Virus record (IMG/VR): IMGVR_UViG_3300034520_000094
Location: 1,522-65,521 of that record
Direction: 5' to 3' (one strand)
Source of the DNA: a virus
Taxonomy: Duplodnaviria > Caudoviricetes
DNA: 64,000 bases
Shown here: one piece after another, positions 10,395 through 20,125 of the stretch
Position numbering within the stretch: position 1 is the first letter of the stretch
Layout: every line of letters begins with the position of its first letter
Position numbers and translations under genes: made by a program
The notes under the pieces: generated by a model
The model's input: only the letters and a program-made list of their open reading frames with translations
Told to the model about the DNA's origin: nothing
Databases searched by the model: none

Positions 10395-12116
10395 ATGAAA
10401 ACAGTTGAGATTAGGTCGAATATAGCAGGGGATATAATGAAAATAAGAAAAGGCGTTGTATTCAAAGAATATGCTACAGTAGTAGACGAGCTATTGCAGA
10501 ATTGCCAAAGAGCAAAAGCAACAGAAGTGGAAGTGCTCCTTGACAGAGATATGTTGGTAATAAAGGATAATGGAACTGGATGTGCTGACCCGCAAGCTCT
10601 CCTAGAAAAGAACACATCAGCATGGATGAATGAAGACGAAGCTTTTGGCGAAGGGTTCTTCAGTGTGTTCTTGATTGCAGACATGATAAAAGTAAGAAGT
10701 TATGACTGGGAGTTGACAATAGACGTACTAGATATGCTGGAAACCAAGAACATGAACATAGAGGTTATAGATGGGCTAGAACATGTATCGGGATTTATAG
10801 TTGAACTAGTAGGGTTAACCATAGAAGAGCAGATATGGTCGCTAAGAGACGAAGTTCAAGAGCTTGGGCGAATCATGCCCATGAATGTAACGTTAAATGG
10901 TTGGTGTATAGAACATAAGCCATTGCTTGAACTGCAATCCAGTGAGGAACGATTGATAGATACAGATTTGTTTACAGCAGTATTGAAGCCGACAACAGGT
11001 TGGAGTGTAGTAGAATACTTCTACGAAAATAGACCAGTAAGAAGCGACTATATGACGGGTATTAGCGGACGAATAGCAATAAAGAAGGGTTGTATCACGC
11101 TCAAGGCACCTGACAGAAAGGATTTCATTTACGATAATAAAAGGCAAGCATTAATGAGTGGTGTTGAAGAAGCGGCCAAGAAGTTGTATCTGGACTTCGT
11201 AATGACAGCAACAGATGATGACCTCAATAGATACGAAGACCCGATTGAGTATTACTTAGATGTAGCAGATTATGCAGATATCTTGACAGTGTCTCCGAAG
11301 TTGTTCCAAAGAAGCTTGTTAAACAATGAAAAAAGAGAACAAGACGAAGAGAATGAGAAAGACGAAGTAAAGTATGCTACAGAAGATATGATAAAGTGGA
11401 TTAGGCAGATAGAAACATTGGCGAATCAGCAAGCTGCGGAAACTAGAAGTTCGGAAGAACCAAAAGATATCAGAAGAAGAAGGCCTTCTGGACTATTGAA
11501 GAAACTAGTAGAAAAAGAAAAGAGGTTGGTATATGTTTCAGAGCATAGAGTAGAAGACTTTGAAATGGAAATTAGAGAAGCAGAGTATAACGGCTTTGTT
11601 ATCCTGTATGCAAAGAATAAGCTGTATGAAAGAGCATTTGAGTATTATGGAATCCCAAGTATAGAAACGCTTAAAGATGTGATTGACGAAGATATAGTAA
11701 TAGAACGGGATATGGCTAGAAGTAAAAAAGAAAAGAGATTCTTAGCTCTTATGCAAAGAGTTGAACAGCATTACGGAATGGCTCCAGGTAGCATTAGATT
11801 AGCAAATCTTAGAAAGGAAATAAGACACAAGATAACGGGAGAGTTGTTGAGCAGCAAATATGAAGAAGTGCATGGGCTGTGTGATAGACAGAACGGTGTG
11901 ATATACATTGACAGGAAGATAGTAAAGTTTTCGGAATACAGAGCGCAAAAGCCTGAGTACCCAAGTATAACAGCACATGACTACAAGGTATTGCTCAGAG
12001 TGAATCAGACGCTGTGCCATGAGCTTGCACATCTGCTGTATGGGTTTGCAGACAATACAGTAGAGCACAGCCAGGCTATGGTAAAGATAGGCTATGAAAT
12101 AGCTGAACTGTTTTAA
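10395..12116 (+). CDS. GHKL (Hsp90/MutL-type) ATPase with C-terminal HEXXH motif
   Basis: ELLQNCQRA, IKDNGTG, FGEGFFS GHKL motifs; C-terminal LCHELAH...H. Confidence 0.75.
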   Translation: MKTVEIRSNIAGDIMKIRKGVVFKEYATVVDELLQNCQRAKATEVEVLLDRDMLVIKDNGTGCADPQALLEKNTSAWMNEDEAFGEGFFSVFLIADMIKVRSYDWELTIDVLDMLETKNMNIEVIDGLEHVSGFIVELVGLTIEEQIWSLRDEVQELGRIMPMNVTLNGWCIEHKPLLELQSSEERLIDTDLFTAVLKPTTGWSVVEYFYENRPVRSDYMTGISGRIAIKKGCITLKAPDRKDFIYDNKRQALMSGVEEAAKKLYLDFVMTATDDDLNRYEDPIEYYLDVADYADILTVSPKLFQRSLLNNEKREQDEENEKDEVKYATEDMIKWIRQIETLANQQAAETRSSEEPKDIRRRRPSGLLKKLVEKEKRLVYVSEHRVEDFEMEIREAEYNGFVILYAKNKLYERAFEYYGIPSIETLKDVIDEDIVIERDMARSKKEKRFLALMQRVEQHYGMAPGSIRLANLRKEIRHKITGELLSSKYEEVHGLCDRQNGVIYIDRKIVKFSEYRAQKPEYPSITAHDYKVLLRVNQTLCHELAHLLYGFADNTVEHSQAMVKIGYEIAELF

Positions 12117-12130
12117 GGGAGGTGAGAGAG

Positions 12131-12256
12131 ATGAAGCGGAAATTGTACAAGATGTTGTCCTTATCTAATGATGTTAAGGCAGTAAGAAAGGGCAGAGTAG
12201 GCCAAAGAATGTGGAATAAGTGGTTGCTGAAGATTACACGCTCATTCATGAAGTGA
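12131..12256 (+). CDS. Small basic hypothetical protein (41 aa)
   Basis: RBS GGGAGGTG; MKRKLYKMLSLSNDVKAVRKGRVGQRMWNK...; below track cutoff. Confidence 0.55.
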   Translation: MKRKLYKMLSLSNDVKAVRKGRVGQRMWNKWLLKITRSFMK

Positions 12257-12281
12257 TTCATGAAAAAGTTAAATTTGTCCC

Positions 12282-12311
12282 TTGACAGACAGATAGCTTC
12301 GGGTGTACAAT
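12282..12311 (+). promoter_or_regulatory. sigmaA promoter of replication operon
   Basis: TTGACA-18-TACAAT. Confidence 0.6.
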
Positions 12312-12351
12312 AATAGTATAATAAAAATTTATGAAATAGGAGGATAAAGTT

Positions 12352-12582
12352 ATGCCAACCAAGTTAGCAATGATTTATGCATATGTATCAGAAGAGGAGA
12401 AGAAAGCGTTTGAGATTCTGGCCAAGATGGAGAGAAGAAGTCTGTCTACCATGATGCGCTCTGTGATAGTAGACACAGTAAAGAACCATGGATTGTTAAC
12501 CGAAAAAGTTAACAGTGATGGAAACATAGTTCAGCAAGTAGTAACGGTAGAACAAGACGAGGTTGATGAAAGTGTACAGTGA
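12352..12582 (+). CDS. Ribbon-helix-helix DNA-binding protein
   Basis: MIYAYVSEEEKKAFEILAKMERRSLSTMMR fits RHH/CopG pattern. Confidence 0.7.
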   Translation: MPTKLAMIYAYVSEEEKKAFEILAKMERRSLSTMMRSVIVDTVKNHGLLTEKVNSDGNIVQQVVTVEQDEVDESVQ

Positions 12583-12883
12583 GCTGATAGATAAACAGCC
12601 AATTGCAGTAAATGCTCAGTTAGCAGAAAAGCTAGGATTAAAGAAAGCCATGCTCTTGACTGAAATAGCAGTATTGATAAAGAAAGAAGGAAAGTCGGAC
12701 GAGCAAGGTATTCTATGGGCACGTATCACCGCTAGGCAGCTACATAGAGAGCTGCCATTTTTTAGTGAGAGAACAATCTCAAGATATGTGAAAGAGCTAG
12801 TAGACAACGGATATTTGATGGCAAGTAAGACGACAGACGCTTTTGATAAAGCTAGACTGTTTGCAATTGGAGGTAGCTTATGA
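12563..12883 (+). CDS. Winged-helix protein resembling initiator N-terminal domain
   Basis: LAEKLGLKKAMLL...LPFFSERTISRYVKELVDNGYL. Confidence 0.65.
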   Translation: MMKVYSELIDKQPIAVNAQLAEKLGLKKAMLLTEIAVLIKKEGKSDEQGILWARITARQLHRELPFFSERTISRYVKELVDNGYLMASKTTDAFDKARLFAIGGSL

Positions 12884-13917
12884 GATTAGAAGATATGTTT
12901 ACAGGTATTGGGCGGGCAAATGCATATTATCCTAGTTTGACTAAGGTTACGAAGAGCACTAAAGCTACTTTGTTTCTTAGCCAGCTTTGCTATTGGGAAG
13001 GAAAGCAGCAGGATAAGAAGAACAGATGGATTTATAAGTCTGCCGAAGAAATAGAAGAAGAGACAGGTCTGACAAGAAGAGAGCAGGAAGGTGCAAGACG
13101 AATATTGAAAGAACTTGGAATCCTTGAAGAGATGTATGCTAGAACACCGAGAACGCTGCATTACAGGATTAACTTTGAAGTGCTTGAGCAGCTATGGAAT
13201 AAGTATCAAGAGGAAGAAGCTATGCACCAAAACGCACAACTGATAAGTCAAGATGGCGAATCTATGCACCAAATGTCGAATCTACATTCGACAAATTGTA
13301 GAAACTACATTCGACCAAATGTTGAAACTAATACAGAGATTACTACAGAGATTACGCAAGAGATTACAGATGGCGATTCGCTACGCTCATCGCTCTCATT
13401 GGAAAAGCCTAGCAAGCATTTAGCAAATACGAGTGAGGATATGCTCCCTGATAGTTTAGAAGGTTCGGTGGAGAAGGAAATAAATGACATTGGCGCAGAA
13501 GCTTTGCTTGAAAAGAAGGTGATTGATGATATTGTAAAGACTGCTGCTGAAAAAAGCAGAGAAGCAAGGGAAAGCAAGGAACGGAAACCTCGAAAGCGAA
13601 GTCAGAATGCTAATACCATTATAGAATATTTTAATGACCAGTTCAAGAAAACGTTTGGCGGGGTTGCTCCGCTTGAGTTGGAGAAGGACCGAAAGCTAAT
13701 GAAGCAGATGATAGAGCATTATGGTTACGATATGTCAGTGGCAATGATTGAATGGCTGTTCAGAAATTGGGCAAAGTTCCGACGAGAATGCAAAGTTAAT
13801 GGTGTGCCTACAGTTGGGTTAGTATTTGGATTCAGAAGTTATCTGCAAGAGAAGGTAATGCATATAGTAGACGAACATGATAATGTTGGTGAAGGAGATA
13901 GTGTATGGGGGGTGTAG
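12880..13917 (+). CDS. Replication initiator (replisome organiser)
   Basis: FLSQLCYW...WIYKSAEEIEEETGLTRREQEGARRIL wHTH; internal repeats; followed by loader and helicase. Confidence 0.8.
   Translation: MRLEDMFTGIGRANAYYPSLTKVTKSTKATLFLSQLCYWEGKQQDKKNRWIYKSAEEIEEETGLTRREQEGARRILKELGILEEMYARTPRTLHYRINFEVLEQLWNKYQEEEAMHQNAQLISQDGESMHQMSNLHSTNCRNYIRPNVETNTEITTEITQEITDGDSLRSSLSLEKPSKHLANTSEDMLPDSLEGSVEKEINDIGAEALLEKKVIDDIVKTAAEKSREARESKERKPRKRSQNANTIIEYFNDQFKKTFGGVAPLELEKDRKLMKQMIEHYGYDMSVAMIEWLFRNWAKFRRECKVNGVPTVGLVFGFRSYLQEKVMHIVDEHDNVGEGDSVWGV
13220..13370 (+). repeat. Iteron-like direct repeats within initiator (putative origin)
   Basis: CTATGCACCAAA x2, CTACATTCGAC x2 (~20-23 bp period), AGAGATTAC x3. 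Confidence 0.65.
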
Positions 13918-13922
13918 AAGGC

Positions 13923-14528
13923 ATGGCACGACGTAAGCTTACAGTAGGGGATGTCAGGCGTGCTAATCTGCCAGAAAGGTATTGGGAAACGTCGCTTCGT
14001 GCGATTCCTGATAGCATGGACTATAAGCAGAAGGTTGAGCGGTACTTGAGGAATCTGCCAGATATGCTTAACAATGGTATAGGATTGTATCTGTGGTCAG
14101 TGGAAAACGGTACTGGTAAGACAAGTATATCATCCTTAATAGTTAAAGAAGCATTGAGATACGGAAAGACGGTGTTCTTTGAAGAATCAAGCCGCTTGAA
14201 GACTATGCTGATAAATAAAGAGCAGTTTGAGGAAGGATTAAGTATTGAACAACGGATTGAAATGGTGGATTTGCTTGTATTAGATGATATCGGAAAAGAG
14301 TATCGTACGGCAAGCGGGTATGCTGAGAATGTGATTGAAACTTTAGTTAGAGCAAGGGTGCAGAAGGTCAGGACTACAGTAATGACTGGAAATGTTCATC
14401 CGAGAGATTTGCAGAAAGTGTATAGCGAAGATTTTGCTGCATTGCTAAAAGAGAGTATGATTCCAGTTCATGTTACTGGGTATGATTTCCGAGAAGAGCG
14501 GGCAAAGCTGCTTGCAAAATTGTTGTGA
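13923..14528 (+). CDS. DnaC/IstB-like helicase loader
   Basis: Walker A NGTGKT, Walker B LLVLDDIGKE. Confidence 0.85.
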   Translation: MARRKLTVGDVRRANLPERYWETSLRAIPDSMDYKQKVERYLRNLPDMLNNGIGLYLWSVENGTGKTSISSLIVKEALRYGKTVFFEESSRLKTMLINKEQFEEGLSIEQRIEMVDLLVLDDIGKEYRTASGYAENVIETLVRARVQKVRTTVMTGNVHPRDLQKVYSEDFAALLKESMIPVHVTGYDFREERAKLLAKLL

Positions 14529-14547
14529 AGGTGGTGTTGCTGAATTG

Positions 14548-15804
14548 ATGGTTGAGAAAGCTGTGCTATCACGGATTTTGATTAGTAATGAATGGAGCGC
14601 AGTCATGGATAGGCGTGTAACCGAGGAGTTGTTTCAGGATGAAGAATGCAAGCGGTGTTTTAGGTTTATAGCCGAGTTTTATAGCAAGTACGGAAATGTG
14701 CCGTCGCTAGAGCTTGTAGAGGAGAACTTTAAGCAATTGCATTTGACGTATGCCAAAGAACCAGCAAATTTTTATATAGATAAGATGGTTGAGAATTACG
14801 TTCGCAACAAGGGGTCAGAGTTGCTCATGTCTACTGCACGACACATAGTTGAAAGTCCTATAGCTGGGCTAGAGAAGTTGCAGAATGATGTGGCAAATCT
14901 GTCGATAGAGGCAATGCCGACTAAAGATGATTTTGTTGGGGCCACTGTGGAGGATAGATTAGCGCACTATTTGAAGATGAAGAATGCTGGTGGGATGGAT
15001 GGCATGCCTACGCCATGGGAAGTACTTAATGAAGCAACGATGGGATTGCATGCAGGAGATTTTATTACAGTAGTGTCGAGGCCTGGGACTGGAAAGACGT
15101 TTATGCTAGTTTTGTTTGCGGAGTATGCAGTTCGCAATAAGCTGAAAGTCTTGTTTGTTTCCAATGAAATGTCGAATACGCAGATAATGCAGAGATTTGA
15201 TGCGATATATTTTAAGCTGCCATATAAGGAGTTGAGAGCAGGTCTGTTACCCGACGCTTTGGAGAAGGTGTATTTTGATGGGCTTGAGGCTATGAAGAAA
15301 GATGTTAACATGATAGTAACACAAGATGTGCGTGGTGTTGCGTCGATAGGAAGTAAGATTGACCAGTATAAGACTGATTTGGTGTTAGTAGATGGAATGT
15401 ATCTGTTGGCAGACGACCAAAATGGCCAAAGCAGGTGGGAGAGCATCTCGAATATAAGCAGGTCTTTGAAAAAGTTAGCCAGACAGAAGAAAGTTCCGAT
15501 TATTGCTACGACTCAGTTTAATCGAGCGTCAGAAGTAGTTAAGATAGATAAAGTTACGCTAGCGAATCTTGGGTTTAGCGATAGTATAGGACAGGACGCA
15601 GATGTAGTGCTTGGGTTGTTCAGAACTAAAGATATGGAAATGAATAATGAACTGAAGATAAGAATGTTGAAAGTCCGAGAAGGTGAGCCGAAGGATTTCA
15701 TGATTAAGTGGGATTTGCATAGCATGGATTTCAGAACGACTGAAATGTCAGACGAGGATTCGTTTTTGCCAGAAGACGGAGATGATTTCACGATTTCGTA
15801 TTAA
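14548..15804 (+). CDS. dnaB: Replicative DNA helicase DnaB-like
   Basis: SRPGTGKT, FVSNEM, VLVDGMYL, TTQFNR, SIGQDAD, KVREG. Confidence 0.9.
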   Translation: MVEKAVLSRILISNEWSAVMDRRVTEELFQDEECKRCFRFIAEFYSKYGNVPSLELVEENFKQLHLTYAKEPANFYIDKMVENYVRNKGSELLMSTARHIVESPIAGLEKLQNDVANLSIEAMPTKDDFVGATVEDRLAHYLKMKNAGGMDGMPTPWEVLNEATMGLHAGDFITVVSRPGTGKTFMLVLFAEYAVRNKLKVLFVSNEMSNTQIMQRFDAIYFKLPYKELRAGLLPDALEKVYFDGLEAMKKDVNMIVTQDVRGVASIGSKIDQYKTDLVLVDGMYLLADDQNGQSRWESISNISRSLKKLARQKKVPIIATTQFNRASEVVKIDKVTLANLGFSDSIGQDADVVLGLFRTKDMEMNNELKIRMLKVREGEPKDFMIKWDLHSMDFRTTEMSDEDSFLPEDGDDFTISY

Positions 15805-15822
15805 GCAGATTTTGTTGAGTAT

Positions 15823-15853
15823 GTGAACTGTCAGTAGGATAGTTCGCTTTTTT
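15823..15853 (+). terminator. Rho-independent terminator
   Basis: GTGAACTGTC/GATAGTTCGC stem + T tract. Confidence 0.7.
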
Positions 15854-15868
15854 AGCTAATTCTGCTCT

Positions 15869-15945
15869 TTAGTAAAATCCGCTCTTGACACAGATGGTAA
15901 TATATGTTAGAATAAAAGAAAAAACAAAAAATGAGAAGGAGATAG
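15869..15945 (+). promoter_or_regulatory. sigmaA promoter cassette (near-identical to 10008)
   Basis: TTAGTAAAATCCGCTCTTGACACAGATGGTAATATATGTTAGAATAAAAGAAAAAAC. Confidence 0.85.
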
Positions 15946-15949
15946 GAAA

Positions 15950-16276
15950 ATGGACGAGAAAAAGAAGTGGAAAAAAGAAGAGATTAGAGAGTTGCTTGAG
16001 AAGAACGACAAAGCAGTAATGCGTGGATTGGTTGTGATTTATTCGTTGCAGACAGATTCAGAGCGGAGGATAGAAGAAACGGCCGAGCATAATGGTGTAG
16101 GGTTCAGCGGGACTGACGCAAAGTTTCTGTCATCTTTAGCTAAGCAGGTATTAGAAAAAGGAAGATTGTCAGAAAAGCAGATGTTATATGCCAGAAAGAA
16201 AATGCTTAAATATGCTGGCCAATTGACTAAAGTCTCGAATGGACAGTTGCAGGTTGGAGAATTAGCTAAAAGATAG
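15950..16276 (+). CDS. Hypothetical phage protein
   Basis: 108 aa, strong RBS; QTDSE...HNGVGFSGTDA. Confidence 0.7.
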   Translation: MDEKKKWKKEEIRELLEKNDKAVMRGLVVIYSLQTDSERRIEETAEHNGVGFSGTDAKFLSSLAKQVLEKGRLSEKQMLYARKKMLKYAGQLTKVSNGQLQVGELAKR

Positions 16277-16287
16277 GTGGTGGAATA

Positions 16288-17307
16288 GTGAACAGCACTA
16301 GTATAGAGTTTGTGCTTAGCAAGATGGGAGTACGGGAAACGAAACGAAATGGAGAGTGGATAACAGCAAGTTGCCCGCTTGCTCCTTGGACACATGCTGG
16401 TGGTACAGATAGAAGGCCTTCGTTTGGGATTCGTGAAACGACTGGTATTTCAGGTGCTCATTGTTTTAGCTGTGGGTTTCATGGTGGAGTGCTTAGCCTG
16501 GTACGTACTTATGGCCAGTATGCAATGGAAGCTGGGTTAATGACTAATGAGGATGTGCGACAGTTAGAGGATTATGTAATTCTGACTGAGGACGAGGATG
16601 TGGTAGATAAGCCAGTGAACAGGATTACGGAAGTTGTGATTCCAGAAAAGCTTAGAAAATGCCTTGGGCGAACACATCCGTATTTTGAAAAGCGTGGTAT
16701 TACCGACGCAACGATTGAGAGGTGGAATTTAGGCTATGTAGAGGAATTTGAGGATGAACGAACGTTTACGACCATGTATGACAGAGTTTTGTTTCCTGTC
16801 TATGAGAAGGAGGGATTACGTTATGAGCTAAAGGGAATTGTCGGACGTAGTGTAACTGGCGAAGAACCTAAGTACAAGAATGCACCGCCAAATTTTAAGA
16901 AGGCACAGTATGTCTATGGCGGTTGGTTGGCCGAAGGAAAGACTAAGATTGCCGTTGTGGAAGGTCCTGTTGATTGCTTGGTGTTGAATCAGCATTTAGA
17001 AGCAGCGGGAATGAATGATATGTTTGCGGTAGCTTTGTTAGGAGCAGACCCCAGCAAAGCGCAGATAGAATGGTTGAAGGACCATGCAGATGAAGTGGTT
17101 TGCATGCTGGACAATGACCCAAGCGGGAAGCTAGGAAATAAGAAATTGATTGAATGGCTTGACGCTCATGTTATTGTAACTGTAGTGCAGTGGAAAGACG
17201 AGCATAAAGACCCTGCTGATGCAGGTGCTTATGCTATTGAGATGTTAAAGAGCAGAAAGTTTGTGCTTGAGCATAAGATAGAGCAAATGCTTAGAAATAG
17301 AAGATGA
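16288..17307 (+). CDS. dnaG: DNA primase (Zn-binding + Toprim)
   Basis: CPLAPWTH...CFSC; GIVGR, PKYKN, VVEGPVD, MLDNDPSG, KDPAD. Confidence 0.9.
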   Translation: MNSTSIEFVLSKMGVRETKRNGEWITASCPLAPWTHAGGTDRRPSFGIRETTGISGAHCFSCGFHGGVLSLVRTYGQYAMEAGLMTNEDVRQLEDYVILTEDEDVVDKPVNRITEVVIPEKLRKCLGRTHPYFEKRGITDATIERWNLGYVEEFEDERTFTTMYDRVLFPVYEKEGLRYELKGIVGRSVTGEEPKYKNAPPNFKKAQYVYGGWLAEGKTKIAVVEGPVDCLVLNQHLEAAGMNDMFAVALLGADPSKAQIEWLKDHADEVVCMLDNDPSGKLGNKKLIEWLDAHVIVTVVQWKDEHKDPADAGAYAIEMLKSRKFVLEHKIEQMLRNRR

Positions 17308-17313
17308 AAAGGA

Positions 17314-18255
17314 GTGTATAAGATGAAGAGATTTACGACGAATAGAAATTTGATTATGGCGTACTTGAACGGGATTTGTGAAGAAGGGGTAACATGTAAA
17401 GGCCATCTGTATTTTAAGGGAGATGTTCTGTACAGCTATGGACCGCATTTCCCGTTGGCTGTAAAGAACGGCCCAGTGATTATAGTAAATGCAGACCAGG
17501 CTAGCGTTACAACAAATGTTAGACATCGTGCATTGCTGTTTCAGGAAGTGCCGAATACGTATAGATTAGAAATTCCGTTTTCGGCTTTGGCTATGATGGC
17601 CAGGCATGTGTATCAAGAAACTGCTGTAATAGCAAAGGAGCTATGCATAATTGATTGGGAGCCTGACAGATATATAGATACTGGCAGAATAAGCGAGACG
17701 ACAGGCGATAAGATATATGAACACGTTCTTGGAGGAGCGGTATTTACGTATAAAGGACGCTGGTTTGTTACTGGAATGGATAGGTCAGGAGTAGACCCGA
17801 GAGGTTTGTTCTTTTTGACTGAGATTGACGAGAATCAGATTGACAAGTATGGAGAGCCTGCTAGTTGGCAAGAAGCGATGGAGTTATTGAAGCCCGATGA
17901 AGTAAAGAAGTTTGAGAGAGATGGGTATGATGTTAGAAGGCAAGGAGAATGGTTTTTCGTTAAAGGTGGCTTTGGCAAAGATTTAGTAATGATAGATGAT
18001 AATGCAGTTACTAGAAATTATGAATTAGTGCACAGAAGCGGGAAAGAACCCGCACATTTTGTATCAGAGGGATTTTTGGCCACGTCGCCGAGTGGGTCGT
18101 ATCATGTAGTGAGAGGAATAGTTAAGCACAAAAGAAAAGAGCATAAGCAGTTGAAGTTGTACGATGTTGGAGAGAAGTCAAAGGACAGAAGTTGGTATGT
18201 TGCATATGAATCTGTTCAAGGTAATAGTTGGAAGGCAGGAGGCACAGTAGATTAG
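17314..18255 (+). CDS. Hypothetical protein
   Basis: 313 aa, RBS; LYSYGPHF and RRQGEWFF motifs. Confidence 0.7.
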   Translation: MYKMKRFTTNRNLIMAYLNGICEEGVTCKGHLYFKGDVLYSYGPHFPLAVKNGPVIIVNADQASVTTNVRHRALLFQEVPNTYRLEIPFSALAMMARHVYQETAVIAKELCIIDWEPDRYIDTGRISETTGDKIYEHVLGGAVFTYKGRWFVTGMDRSGVDPRGLFFLTEIDENQIDKYGEPASWQEAMELLKPDEVKKFERDGYDVRRQGEWFFVKGGFGKDLVMIDDNAVTRNYELVHRSGKEPAHFVSEGFLATSPSGSYHVVRGIVKHKRKEHKQLKLYDVGEKSKDRSWYVAYESVQGNSWKAGGTVD

Positions 18256-18256
18256 A

Positions 18257-18490
18257 ATGGATGCGAATGATAGAATAATGCCTGGCACAGAGAATGAGCT
18301 ACCGTATGGCCATAGTTATCAGTTGCTTAGAAAGAAAGGAAAGTTATGGAAGCATTGTTGTTATGCTGAAACACCAGAGGATGTTGATAGGTTGTTGAAT
18401 GAGTATCGTATGACTCACCATGACGCATCGGCGTTTATGGTAGCTTTGCTGCCAAAGAAGTCTTGTAAGAAAGAAGAGATGGAAAGATGA
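18257..18490 (+). CDS. Hypothetical protein
   Basis: Abuts neighbours in operon. Confidence 0.55.
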   Translation: MDANDRIMPGTENELPYGHSYQLLRKKGKLWKHCCYAETPEDVDRLLNEYRMTHHDASAFMVALLPKKSCKKEEMER

Positions 18491-18747
18491 ATCTTGTAGT
18501 TGAGAATGGAAAGGTACTGAGCACAAAGGAGTTGTTTGGCAAGATGTGCGAAGTAAGTCCTACGTTACGTAATAGAATAAAAGCAGAAGATGTAGACGCC
18601 TTTGTTACTGGCAGGATAGACTGTGCAATATGCAGGTGTAATGGTTACGGAGTGTTTAAGTTGTTTCCTGCTGACGCAGAAATTGTCCAAGAAGGCGGGA
18701 AGAGATACATGCAATGTATGATTTGCGGAAAGTATTCGCATCTGTAG
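18487..18747 (+). CDS. Small Zn-ribbon protein
   Basis: CAIC...CMICG; ATGA overlap. Confidence 0.6.
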   Translation: MNLVVENGKVLSTKELFGKMCEVSPTLRNRIKAEDVDAFVTGRIDCAICRCNGYGVFKLFPADAEIVQEGGKRYMQCMICGKYSHL

Positions 18748-18764
18748 AAATGGAGGATTGCAAT

Positions 18765-19130
18765 ATGGAGTTTGAGAAGGCACATGACGTTGACTTAGCT
18801 GATATGAGTTTTGACAAGTATCAGAAGCTAGCTAGTAGAACAGTAAACACCAATTTAAGCACAGATAGCATGATAGCTAACTTTGCTTTGGGACTAGTTT
18901 CAGAAGGCGGCGAGGTTGGGGACATTGTTAAGAAGCAGTTGTTTCATGGCCATGCAGAAGATAAGGATAGTATACGAGACGAGCTTGGAGATGTACTGTG
19001 GTATGTGGCGAACTTAGCTAGAGCGTATGGTATCTCGATGGAAGAGGTGGCCCGAAGGAACGTTGAGAAGCTGAAGAGACGATTTCCCGACGGGTTTTCT
19101 GTTGATAGGTCAGTTAACAGAATAGAGTAA
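18765..19130 (+). CDS. mazG: MazG-like nucleotide pyrophosphohydrolase
   Basis: LGLVSEGGEVGDIVKK...DELGDVLWY...NVEKLKRRFP. Confidence 0.9.
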   Translation: MEFEKAHDVDLADMSFDKYQKLASRTVNTNLSTDSMIANFALGLVSEGGEVGDIVKKQLFHGHAEDKDSIRDELGDVLWYVANLARAYGISMEEVARRNVEKLKRRFPDGFSVDRSVNRIE

Positions 19131-19159
19131 GTGCAGAATATGATTGCATAGAATAAGCG

Positions 19160-19188
19160 GCGCAGCAATTAGCTGCGCTGTTCTTTTT
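19160..19188 (+). terminator. Terminator (duplicated at 25898)
   Basis: GCGCAGC-aatta-GCTGCGC-tgttcttttt. Confidence 0.8.
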
Positions 19189-19225
19189 AGCTAAAAACTT
19201 TTGCAATTTTTTATGAAATCTGCTA

Positions 19226-19254
19226 TTGACAAAGATTTCATTATATGATATAAT
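19226..19254 (+). promoter_or_regulatory. sigmaA promoter
   Basis: TTGACA-17-TATAAT with upstream A/T tracts. Confidence 0.85.
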
Positions 19255-19286
19255 GATACCATAATAAACTAATAAATAGAAAGGAT

Positions 19287-19580
19287 GTGCAAGAGATGTG
19301 TTATGGAAAACGGGATGTAGATGTGAACAGGAAGAGTTATGATATGATAATAGAAGAACTTGACAGGCGTGGAATCCAGACAGACGAGGTAGTTTATAGT
19401 CTTTGTATAGAAGATGTTATCACTGTTCTTGCAGACAAAGGTTGGTTGGCTGGGTTAGACGCAGACCAAGTATTGGAGTTAAGTGAGTTTGTTAGGGCCA
19501 AGTTAGAAATACCGTGGGATGAATACGTAGCAGAGTTGCTTAGTAGCCACCCAATAATAGAAGTTATGAAAAAATGCTAA
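19287..19580 (+). CDS. Hypothetical protein
   Basis: Follows promoter and RBS. Confidence 0.65.
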   Translation: MQEMCYGKRDVDVNRKSYDMIIEELDRRGIQTDEVVYSLCIEDVITVLADKGWLAGLDADQVLELSEFVRAKLEIPWDEYVAELLSSHPIIEVMKKC

Positions 19581-19611
19581 AAACTTTTTTTAATTTTTAT
19601 GAAATCCGCTA

Positions 19612-19640
19612 TTGACAAAGAACTTGTTATATGATATGAT
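19612..19640 (+). promoter_or_regulatory. sigmaA promoter
   Basis: TTGACA-17-TATGAT; flank nearly identical to 19226 and 25964 copies. Confidence 0.8.
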
Positions 19641-19686
19641 TATATCATAATAAAAAACTATTAAAAAATGAGAAGGAGATAGAAAA

Positions 19687-19965
19687 ATGATAAACATGAA
19701 CATGAACAAGAAAGAGATAGAGAAAAGGATAGAGAGCATAGAATCAGCAATCAAGATACTAAAGGAAAGAAGTATTGAGCACCAAGATGCTATAGCAAAA
19801 AACAATGACCTGTTAATGACTGAGACAGACGTTGAGAAGCGCAAAGCTCTTGAAGCCGAGAACGAGCAATTAGTTTCCTATATAGTTACGTTTAGGGAAG
19901 TAATTGATAACGAGACCAAGAATTTAGAAGAGTTGAAAGCTAAGTTAGCACAGATGAATGACTAA
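19687..19965 (+). CDS. Coiled-coil protein (paralogue of 26041)
   Basis: IESAIKIL.E.SIE.QD...KALEAENE.LV.YIV shared with 26041. Confidence 0.75.
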   Translation: MINMNMNKKEIEKRIESIESAIKILKERSIEHQDAIAKNNDLLMTETDVEKRKALEAENEQLVSYIVTFREVIDNETKNLEELKAKLAQMND

Positions 19966-20078
19966 TTGGCCAAGAGAATAGAAGAAATAAGATAAAAGTT
20001 AGAAAAAGAAAGGACGTGTAAAAGATGGGATTTGGTAAGGAACAGTTAAAGGTAACAGGAATAACGAATAGCAAGAAG

Positions 20079-20105
20079 ATGCCCCTCAGACGAGGGGCAT
20101 TTTTG
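20079..20105 (+). terminator. Terminator
   Basis: ATGCCCCTC-agac-GAGGGGCAT-tttt. Confidence 0.8.
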
Positions 20106-20125
20106 GATGAAGGAGGTGATTTGCT

